Shown here one piece after another: positions 47,064 to 55,345 of a DNA stretch of 61,403 nt. Location: NCBI RefSeq assembly GCF_903885465.1, contig NZ_CAISIQ010000288.1, positions 1 to 61,403 of the forward strand, written 5' to 3'. The translations under genes and the position numbers were made by a program. A model generated the notes under the pieces. The model searched no databases and had not been told where the DNA came from. It worked only from the letters and a program-made list of their open reading frames with translations. The number at the start of each line of letters is the position of its first letter. Positions within the stretch are counted from its first letter, which is position 1. This DNA is from an uncultured Nevskia sp. (GTDB taxonomy: Bacteria; Pseudomonadota; Gammaproteobacteria; Nevskiales; Nevskiaceae).

Positions 47064-47075
47064 GATCATATGATC
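47064..47075. promoter_or_regulatory. Probable TetR operator
   Basis: Perfect palindrome GATCATATGATC in an AT-rich divergent promoter region. Confidence 0.5.
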
Positions 47076-47169
47076 CAAAATGCTCTATGCTGCTTTCGGC
47101 AGCTCAAAAAAAACAGGCGGGTCTCCACACTCGCGCGATGAGACGCAGCTCAGGGGAGTCAAGACGGCA

Positions 47170-48504
47170 ATGCTGAAAGTATGCAAGAAGGTCGTTGCAG
47201 CGAAACGTCAGCGAGCAGTTGCTCCGCTGATAAGTGCACTAATGCTGAGCAGCATGGGCGCGCATGCCGGTGGCGGCTATTTTCTTCCGTTCTACGGCGG
47301 TTACACGTCGCAAATGGCTGGCACCGCCACTGCGGTCGGACTGGATGGTCTTGCCGCCTCGACCAATCCCGGCAAGCTGTTCGCGGTTGGCAACCGCCTC
47401 GATCTCGGCACCAACGTCGCGGCGCTTTATCGGCGCGTCGAACGTCAGGGCGGGCCAGACCCTTCGCTTGATTTCGGCACGACTAGCGACAACAGCATCT
47501 TCTTCGTTCCGCAGGGCGGATTTGCTCATCGACTCGGCGACAACTACGCCTTCGGGGTAGCGCTGTACGCGAACGGTGCCCTCAATACGGCTTACCCCGG
47601 CGATACCGGGGTTCCGTCGAGCAACCAGAACCCCGCAGCTTGTGGCAGTCAACCGGCCAATTTCTTGAGCGGCTGCGGTCAGGTGGGTGTTGATCTTTCC
47701 CAGGTCATCGTCGCGCCGACGGCAGCGTGGCAGTTCGCGCCGGGCAACACGTTGGGAATCTCTCCGCTGATCGCTTATCAGCGTTTCCGCGCCTACGGCC
47801 TACAGGCCTTTGAGCCGCTGTCGCAGAATCCCGGCAATGTCAGCAACCGCGGCTACGACAATGCGTTCGGCCTCGGTGTCCGCGTCGGCTGGTATGGCGA
47901 GGTGCTGCCGAGCCTGACGCTCGGCGCAGCCTATTCGACCAAAATTTACATGCAGCGCTTTGATCGTTATCGCGGCCTGTTCGCAGGTGACGGGCATTTC
48001 GATGTGCCGGCGAATTACAGCGTCGGCGCGGCGTTCCGCGCAACCGAGCGTTGGCTGCTGGCGCTGGATGTCCAGCGCATCGACTTTCATGGAGTCCCAG
48101 CGTTGGGCAACAGCCTGCTGAACTCGCTCCAGAATCCTCAAGGTGCGCCGCTTGGAAGCAAAGATGGCAGCGGTTTCAATTGGCGCAATCAGACCAATTA
48201 CCGATTCGGGACCGAGTTCGCCGTATCGCCGAGCGTGAACATTCGCGGTGGGCTTGCCTATGGAAGAGTTCCCGGCGACCAGTCCATCAGCTCGGTGAGC
48301 ATCAATACGCTTTCGGCCACCCCGAAGACGACGGCCAGCGTCGGCTTCAATTGGTGGTACACGCCGACCCACGAGTTCCAGTTCGCGTACACGCACCATT
48401 TCTTCGGCACGTATGCCGGACCTTCGGCCGTTGTGCCCGGGGCGACTGAATCTGTCGTCGCCGATGTAGATGTGGTCTGGATCGGTTGGGCCAAACGCTT
48501 CTAG
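47170..48504 (+). CDS. OmpP1/FadL/TodX family outer-membrane transporter
   Basis: Signal peptide, MAGTATA, STNPG hatch-like motif, alternating beta strands, C-terminal F. Confidence 0.85.
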   Translation: MLKVCKKVVAAKRQRAVAPLISALMLSSMGAHAGGGYFLPFYGGYTSQMAGTATAVGLDGLAASTNPGKLFAVGNRLDLGTNVAALYRRVERQGGPDPSLDFGTTSDNSIFFVPQGGFAHRLGDNYAFGVALYANGALNTAYPGDTGVPSSNQNPAACGSQPANFLSGCGQVGVDLSQVIVAPTAAWQFAPGNTLGISPLIAYQRFRAYGLQAFEPLSQNPGNVSNRGYDNAFGLGVRVGWYGEVLPSLTLGAAYSTKIYMQRFDRYRGLFAGDGHFDVPANYSVGAAFRATERWLLALDVQRIDFHGVPALGNSLLNSLQNPQGAPLGSKDGSGFNWRNQTNYRFGTEFAVSPSVNIRGGLAYGRVPGDQSISSVSINTLSATPKTTASVGFNWWYTPTHEFQFAYTHHFFGTYAGPSAVVPGATESVVADVDVVWIGWAKRF

Positions 48505-48741
48505 AGCCAAGGTGATAGAGATGGGTCGTGAAATGACAGCCGAAGGAAGCTTCCAGTATCGCTTTCATCGTGGATTGCCCTTCCTGCCTTCGCGATCCGG
48601 CGAAGAAAATGTCAAGCCTATGCTGCGTGCCCGCGACGAGGGCCCGAATCCGCTACCGAGGCTGCGCATCAGTCGAGATTCTCAGCCTCCTCCGAACGGG
48701 ATGGGTGCGGCTGATCACGAATCGCCCTGGCCGGTATTGCA

Positions 48742-49938
48742 ATGTATCAAGGCGTCCGCCCAATGACGCCGTACGGTATTTCCATGAGCGGCCTGCCCGA
48801 CGCAACTAAGGTGGATCTGCTGATGGTCATCGCGCAGGTGGAAGCCGAACTGCAGTTGGCTGGCGCGCTGCGCGACAGCCACGAGCTGCGCCGACGGGTC
48901 CTGGGCGAGCGCAGCGTACTGGTCGGCAAACTGCCCAGCGACGCCTGGATCCGCGTCACAGTTGGCTCGTTTGAACTGACGCGGCATCCTCCGCTCGAAC
49001 ACGACGCAACGGAGACCCTGCCGTTCGAACAGATCCTCGGGCGGACGGCTGACGAACTCGAGGTGGAGCCTTCTCAGCCCCGCACCGGCGAATTGATTCG
49101 GACTTTGTTCCGCGACGATCGCGGTGCTTTCCGTCAGCTGCTTGAATGGGCGCCGCTGATCGAACACTCGAGTTACAAGTTGGTCGCCCGGATGTCTACC
49201 GCGCTCGATCAAATGCGAGCGGCCGTCCATACCGCGGTGCGGCAGAAGCTTCCACAAGTAGACGAGCTCGTCACCGTCTACCACCGCTTCGTCCTGGCCC
49301 TGGGACGTACAACCTTGCTCTCGACGGACTCCGGCTCGGCGTGGCTGGCCGGCCTCGCCGCAAGATTCAACTGGATCCGCTGGACCCCAAGTTTTCCCCT
49401 CATCCGCGAGCGCGACATGTGGAGCGCCGCAATCGCCGCTCGCAGTGCATCGCGCTTCGGTCCGCTGGTTATCGACGCCTACCTGGCGGCGTTCAGGCGG
49501 TCGAGACATCCGATGTATGCCCTCGATAGCTTGATCGCACTCGTGGCCATAGGGTTGCGGCATCCCGGAGAGCGGGAAGCCTTGCTGGACTCCCTGGATC
49601 GGGAAATGGCACTTCTGCCGAGCCGAGAGATACTCCGGCGCGACATCGTGGAAGCAGCCTACGGCGACGCGAGGCGCGCGATGCTGGGTGAGTTGCCGAA
49701 GCACCTCGGCGGTCCGAGCCGACTCCACAACGCCTTTGCGCTCGATGCAGCTCATCGAGTGCCCATTTTTCAGCTGATCGGCGATGCGATCGGTCTACCG
49801 GCTCACGAACTGATTCCCACCCTGGAGCGCGAGAAGACGCCGTCTGTGCCCAGAGCACGCGAGCGGTTCATCGACGCCTGGGGACCCGGCGACATGCGGC
49901 TGGAGGATTTCCCGCCTTCCGCATTCGGACATGCCTGA
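48742..49938 (+). CDS. Hypothetical protein (398 aa, helical-looking)
   Basis: Long ORF co-oriented between fadL and SDR; no recognised motif; start uncertain. Confidence 0.65.
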   Translation: MYQGVRPMTPYGISMSGLPDATKVDLLMVIAQVEAELQLAGALRDSHELRRRVLGERSVLVGKLPSDAWIRVTVGSFELTRHPPLEHDATETLPFEQILGRTADELEVEPSQPRTGELIRTLFRDDRGAFRQLLEWAPLIEHSSYKLVARMSTALDQMRAAVHTAVRQKLPQVDELVTVYHRFVLALGRTTLLSTDSGSAWLAGLAARFNWIRWTPSFPLIRERDMWSAAIAARSASRFGPLVIDAYLAAFRRSRHPMYALDSLIALVAIGLRHPGEREALLDSLDREMALLPSREILRRDIVEAAYGDARRAMLGELPKHLGGPSRLHNAFALDAAHRVPIFQLIGDAIGLPAHELIPTLEREKTPSVPRARERFIDAWGPGDMRLEDFPPSAFGHA

Positions 49939-50096
49939 TATGGACTGGCGCGAAAAAGAGGCACCGGGAGAATGCTCGGTGCCTTAAGCGGCGCTTGGAT
50001 GCGCTGTAGAGGAGGCCACCGTGTGCCAGAGCACGATTGAAACCGCTGTACCACCATGCGATCGCTGAATCGATTGGATCAACGGAGACTGAAGTC

Positions 50097-50819
50097 ATGG
50101 CAACAGATCGTCCTTTGTGCGTCATCGTCGGTGCCGGGGAAGGGTTGGGCGTGTCGTTGGCGCGCGCGTTCGCCCACGACGGGAACGACCTGATCCTCAT
50201 AGGTCGGTCCGTGGAGGGCGTCACCAAAGCGCGCGAGGCGGCCCAGGACGCAGGGGCCAACGTCGAAGCCGTTCAAGCTGATGCGAGAGATGCTGGCGCG
50301 ATCGCGGCAGCACTCGGGCCGCGCGGGGGAGAGGCGGAGATCCTTGTCTACAACCCGCGTGGCGCGTCGACTTTCAAACTACCGCTGGAGGTGACGGCGG
50401 CGGAGCTCACCGACGTCTTGGCGCTCGAAGTCGTCGGCGCCCTCGCCGCCGCCCAAGCTGTGCTTCCCGGGATGCTTGTGCGTGGCCGGGGAACCATTAT
50501 CTTCAGCAGCGCGACGGCGGCACTGCGGGGGGCGGGGCGCAATCTGCTCTACGCGGCCGGCAAGTTCGGTTTACGCGGCATGGCGCAGTCGCTCGCGAAG
50601 GCCTACGCGTCCAAAGGGGTTCATGTTGCCCACGTTCGCCTCGATTGCGCGCTCGACGTGCCGGTGATCAAAAAGATGATGGGAGCGCAGTACAACCGCG
50701 AAAAGACAGCGGACCCGGACGATGTGGCCAAGAGCTATGTATGGGTCCACCACCAGCCGCGCTCGGCATGGAGCAATGAAATCGAGTTGAGGCCTTTTAC
50801 GGAAGACTGGACGTTCTGA
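50097..50819 (+). CDS. Short-chain dehydrogenase/reductase
   Basis: GAGEGLG, SATAALRG, YAAGK, GVHVAHV; GGAG RBS. Confidence 0.92.
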   Translation: MATDRPLCVIVGAGEGLGVSLARAFAHDGNDLILIGRSVEGVTKAREAAQDAGANVEAVQADARDAGAIAAALGPRGGEAEILVYNPRGASTFKLPLEVTAAELTDVLALEVVGALAAAQAVLPGMLVRGRGTIIFSSATAALRGAGRNLLYAAGKFGLRGMAQSLAKAYASKGVHVAHVRLDCALDVPVIKKMMGAQYNREKTADPDDVAKSYVWVHHQPRSAWSNEIELRPFTEDWTF

Positions 50820-50869
50820 GGAATCGCCAGATCCCATGAGACTCCTCGGACGTGCTTTCAGGCCCCGCC

Positions 50870-51107
50870 TGGCTGCTGTTTCTGCCTGATCGAGATAACT
50901 TCTCCTGCACACCGAAAGACGATTCCTTCAACGCAAAAGCGAACGGTCGGGACCGCGGCGAGCCGACCAGATCGTCTCGCCGCGATCATGTATGACGATT
51001 GGAGGACTCGGCCGAGAAAAATCCGATGGGTTGCGCAGCACGTCGGACGTCCGCTTTCGGGATATTCGATCCGCCCCTTCTGTGACGGCTTCGGGCTGAA
51101 AGCTGGC
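50870..51107 (+). repeat. Long direct repeat, copy B
   Basis: Aligns with copy A; ends in GACGGCTTC-GGGCTG-AAAGCTGGC. Confidence 0.9.
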
Positions 51108-51161
51108 ATCAATATGACGTGCGCATCCTCGATGGGTAGTCCTGAGCAATTTCACTTTCCC

Positions 51162-51581
51162 TCAATCGGCAACAGCCCGTGACATTGGGGGTATGTGCTG
51201 CAAGACGTCGAGCGCCAGCGAGGTTTCCAGCACTTCGATCTGTGCGGTCTTGTCCTGAAAGACGAAGCCCTTGCCATTGCTGGCAAACACGAAAGGAATA
51301 TCGAGGGACGAGGCATAGTCGGGCGCCTGCTGCATGCTATGCACTTTGCTGAATGTGCCCCTCTTGGCTCCGATCAGCGCCATCGGAATGTGTCGGTAGT
51401 ACAGGACAAAGTCAGCGCGCTTAGGCTTGTCTCGTGCCACCAGCCGTCCGCGCACCATGATGCGACCCTTGTTAAAGGACACCTGTCGACGAATCTGCAC
51501 GGTTTCATCCCAGCCGGCTTTATGCAGGGCTGGTGTGATGAACTTCACACTGATGTCGTCCTCGCTGAGGCTGCCGGTCAT
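51162..51581 (-). pseudogene. hsdR: N-terminal relic of type I restriction subunit HsdR (EcoAI/EcoEI-like)
   Basis: SEDDISVKFITPAL..AGW, RADFVLY, IGAK (normally IEAK), FASNG.GF; no helicase domain follows. Confidence 0.8.
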
Positions 51582-51796
51582 AGGTGCGCTTGTGAAAATT
51601 GCGTCTAGGGTTGGCAGGCGAGAGCGGTCGATCTTGTCGGTTTGAAGCAAGAACGCTTGCCAAGTTGCTGTAAATGTCGACTTCGGTGTGTGCGTAAGGA
51701 TCGTTTCATTGCATCACCTAGAGCGAAATGGTTTGACGCCGAGCACGCAGCAGCAGCGACACCGCGCCTGATGCCAGCTCGGGATACAGATTCAGA

Positions 51797-51825
51797 AAGC
51801 CCCCACCTCCGAAGAGGGGGGGCTT
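51797..51825. terminator. Strong stem-loop
   Basis: AAGCCCCCACCTC-CGAA-GAGGGGGGGCTT. Confidence 0.5.
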
Positions 51826-52078
51826 GCACCGGGCCAGTGCGAATGAATCAACGCCCACCGCGTTCCCGTCCTTTACGTCCAACTCACCCGGGGCAGGTGA
51901 GCCGGGCCGCGACAGTCAGGCCGCCAAGCCTTTCTGCCACGACGCTGCGGAGTACATCTGCGACTTTCAGCCGCCAAGCCGTCCGTCTATGCCAAGGGAA
52001 GTGCGTCAACACCTCCCGCGGCCCATCTGACCTCTACGCCATATGCCGAAACCAATCGGCTGAGCACGTTGCATGCTC

Positions 52079-52365
52079 ATGCGGGTAAACCCCGCGCAGC
52101 TTTTTCGCCGCCTCCTGAACCACCCGATCTCCTTCTGGAGAGCGTGCACGCCTTTCGAGCTTGCACACGACTTCGGTATTTCTCAGGCCATGTCTCCACC
52201 GCTGGTGCAGTCCCCGGGAGGGTCAAATTCCCGAACCTGCGATGGAGCTTTGATGGTGAAGCAATCCTCCATACGCCATGCTTTTCACGTGACGCATTTT
52301 TTCACGACCAGTACGCAGTCGACTCGCTGTTGTCTCGTGCCTTGCGGCACTCATCCGGGCTTTAA
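52079..52365 (+). pseudogene. Possible frameshifted excisionase-like HTH gene
   Basis: TPFELAHDFGISQA in one frame continues as VSTAGAVPGRVKFPNLRWSFDGEAI in another, with the shift near 52190. Confidence 0.35.
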
Positions 52366-53183
52366 CCGAACTTTCGTGGGTGCGAAGCACCGAGCTAACT
52401 CCACTACTTGAAACGACAACATCACTTCCATCGATTCGCAGGGACTGAAGCCCCTAGCTGCACTTGGCCCTCTGTTTGACCTTGGAATAACCCTTGGCCT
52501 TTTCCGCTTCGCTCCTCGCTCACCCGTCGGTCCTCTTCCTGTGCGACCAGGCTTCAGTCCAACGTGAGCCGGCTCATAACGCTATTCGCATCCAGCCGGT
52601 GACGCATTGCTGCGTTCAACGTATTGCGGTAACAGCACCAACCGCGCATCTCCTTGTCGGAGGTAGCGCAACCGGGGCGGGAAATACGCAACATCGCGTA
52701 GCCCGCTTGGAGAGATTGCCTGACTGATGATTTCTGTCCTTTCGGATTTTGTCATCGGCCCACTGTCCCACCCGCACTGCTTGCGCGATTTTCATCGCGC
52801 AGTAGGTTCGGATAGATGGGTCGGGTTACTGCGCTTTACGCGCGATTAGTCGACCACACCCCCCGAATACACCCCGTGAGCGAGTTTCCTGGCGCGGGGC
52901 GTTAACGGCTACCGGCTTGACGACCGGTATGGCTGCTATGGCGTGTGGTGTTGGCGCACCCCGATATGTCCGCGAGTCCGTGTCTGGTCGCGGGCGGGCA
53001 CATGGGTGGTACGCCAAAACCACTCGTAGCACCTACGCGGTATCAATGTCCGGAGGTTTCGTGTTTCGCGGCTGCCTTGATACCCCGAGGTGTCCCTGCG
53101 AACAGCGGTGCTTCTATTGTTCAACTCGATAGGCGCACTTTGAAGCTGCGGCATCAGGGACTTACCTCATCAGGAGTCCTGTC

Positions 53184-53942
53184 ATGACCTGTCTCGCCTC
53201 GAAGTTCCTCGTCCCGCTCAACCGGGCCGCCCTTATGAACCAGACGCAGCACCTGGTTTCGGTCGGCTACCACTACTTCAACACCGGGTCGGTGCCGGTC
53301 GCAAAGGCATCCGGGTTGATCGACAAGTTCGCCGCCCTGTATCCGATCCTTGCCACCCCTAGCCAGCGGTCGACGAACCACGCCAAGCGGATCGCCAATG
53401 TCGATCTGCTGTGGTCGACGGATCCGCAGGACCCTCATCGGCTGTGCTGGACGCTCCTTGCCACTAAGGGCCGCACGATCCCAGGGGAGCTGGGGTTTCC
53501 GGATCCGATTCATCAGCGTGAGCGGATGAAAGACGCCCGGCTTATTGCGCCGCTTTGGGACTCCCACTACCAGCTCCACCAGCGCCTGTTGGGTGGCGCG
53601 CAAGACCCTGATGCCAAGGCCAGAAAGCGGGGCGCCAAGCTGCGCTGGACGTGGTCGATGACGCGCGAAACCTTTGTAGGGTGGGCATCGCAGGTGCGTC
53701 AGGCCGCCCACTTGGGCGATCGCGCCTACCAGACGGTGTTCAGCAACCTCATCTTGTCGCCGATGTACGGCGGTGTCCGCGGCGACCTTCGCGAACTTGA
53801 GCGCGCCGGCTACCGCGCGTGGCTCGAAAACCATCGCCGCGACAGCTACCGGATGCCGCTGCCGTCGCCGTTGCCGACCATGCCGAGGATTCAGGTGTAT
53901 TCCCGGATGACGCTGGAGGACCTCATCCGTTCGGCTTCGTAA
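53184..53942 (+). CDS. Hypothetical protein, mobile-element type
   Basis: AGGAG RBS; basic 252 aa protein with W..L.T.G, WTWSM, PMYGGVR. Confidence 0.75.
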   Translation: MTCLASKFLVPLNRAALMNQTQHLVSVGYHYFNTGSVPVAKASGLIDKFAALYPILATPSQRSTNHAKRIANVDLLWSTDPQDPHRLCWTLLATKGRTIPGELGFPDPIHQRERMKDARLIAPLWDSHYQLHQRLLGGAQDPDAKARKRGAKLRWTWSMTRETFVGWASQVRQAAHLGDRAYQTVFSNLILSPMYGGVRGDLRELERAGYRAWLENHRRDSYRMPLPSPLPTMPRIQVYSRMTLEDLIRSAS

Positions 53943-54010
53943 AAAAAGGATACCGCTGGTGGGAGGCAAGCAGTTTCGCTTGCCCCATCACTGCCCAGGA
54001 GGTAAGCGAT

Positions 54011-54253
54011 ATGCTGAAGAAGAGGACGGAGAAGCAAGCGGCAAAGTTCGTGCTGGAACTCGATAAGTCGTTATTGGATCGGATTGAGCGAGTTCGGGTC
54101 GTGGGCCACGAACAGAGATATGTGTTGCAGGTGGAAGAGACGCTGATCCGCTGCATCACGCTTGCCGTTTCGGGGTGGGAGAAGGTGTTGAACCTGGGTT
54201 CGAACGCTGCTGCAGGGGCTCGCGAGCCGAAGCGTCCGACGCCTTCCGAGTGA
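54011..54253 (+). CDS. Small hypothetical protein, possibly ribbon-helix-helix
   Basis: AGGAGGT RBS; KFVLELDKSLLDRIE strand-helix pattern. Confidence 0.6.
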   Translation: MLKKRTEKQAAKFVLELDKSLLDRIERVRVVGHEQRYVLQVEETLIRCITLAVSGWEKVLNLGSNAAAGAREPKRPTPSE

Positions 54254-54481
54254 GACGAACTCGCTGCCGTCCGAATGATCGCGATCAATCATTCAGACGG
54301 GGACCGGCGTTCGGTTTTGGCAATTCCTAAGGCCGAACGTCGCCAGGGTGTTTGATTCGGGGGCAGCCGACATTAAGCCACCCCAAGTGAATCATCACAT
54401 CCACATCGCGTCCATGATGATCGAAAGTGGACGTGAACACTTGTATAGAATCTACGCTCCCTCCGCACCAAGAAGAAATCC

Positions 54482-54991
54482 ATGTCCGAAAACGACAGCT
54501 CTGAATCCACCAGCACCCGCGTCACCGGCGTCAGCGCCAAGATCCTGAGCCTGCTGAATGGCGGCACGAGGTCCACCGCAGAACTCATCGCTGAAGGTGG
54601 CTTTTCCAGCGCAAGCGCCTTCCTCAACCTCAAGAAGCTGAAGGATCAGGGCCTAGTAGAAGCCGAGCGCGCCGGCCGCAATGTCATGTATCGCCTGGCT
54701 GAAGCTGCGGCCGTTCCCATTGAAGGCGCGCCGCGTCGCGGTCGCAAGAAGGGATCGAAGAACAAGGCCGCCGCCGCCCCGGCCAAGAAGGCCGGCAAGC
54801 GCGGTCCAAAGACAAAGGCGCCAGACAACGAAGCCGGGAGCTTGCGCGGCGAACTCGCGTCGATAGCGGCTCGCTTTGCACCGATCGACGAGCTGAAGCG
54901 GAAGCTCGACGTACTGGATCAGCTGGCGCAGTCGATGCCGCGTGAAGTGGCTTCGGTGCTCAAAGCGATCAAGGGTGACCTCAGCCGCTGA
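54482..54991 (+). CDS. Winged-helix protein with Lys/Ala-rich AT-hook-like linker
   Basis: ILSLL..GTRSTAEL..SAFLNLKKLKDQGLVE..R.GR.VMYRL, then PRRGRKKGSKNKAAAAPAKKAGKRGPK. Confidence 0.8.
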   Translation: MSENDSSESTSTRVTGVSAKILSLLNGGTRSTAELIAEGGFSSASAFLNLKKLKDQGLVEAERAGRNVMYRLAEAAAVPIEGAPRRGRKKGSKNKAAAAPAKKAGKRGPKTKAPDNEAGSLRGELASIAARFAPIDELKRKLDVLDQLAQSMPREVASVLKAIKGDLSR

Positions 54992-55022
54992 GCCTCGTTG
55001 TAGGTCGACAGGTTCAAGGACA

Positions 55023-55050
55023 AAGGTGGTGAGGCGCGCCTCACCACCTT
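55023..55050. repeat. Perfect 28-bp palindrome
   Basis: AAGGTGGTGAGGCG-CGCCTCACCACCTT. Confidence 0.9.
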
Positions 55051-55345
55051 GGATTCAGCATCAGTGGATCGATGTCTTTCTGGCTGGACGTGGTGAGGAC
55101 ACCTTCGTAAGCTGGACTGCGGTCGCGCACTAACTTTCTTAGAACGTTGATCATTACCTTCATGAGGACGAACCGACTTTGCCAAGTGCCCGGAAAACTT
55201 AAGCTAGTCAAGCAGAACAAGTTCGGCTCAGGGCACTGTCGAAGGGATTCCGCACGCATGGTGAAAGTGCCCAGTTAGAATGACTCAGTCGTTGGCAACG
55301 GCCTTACGCACCGGCCTACTTTGCAAGTGGTAGGAACCTTAGAAG

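Noticed and set aside
43848-51107. CRISPR array or classical integron attC interpretation of the island repeats
   Set aside because: Spacing is in kilobases and irregular, no cas genes are present, and no RYYYAAC...GTTRRRY boxes or IntI signature were recognised.
51917-51985. Short repeat GCCGCCAAGCC (two copies), partly resembling the reverse complement of the GGGCTG site
   Set aside because: Too short and gapped to distinguish from chance in GC-rich DNA.
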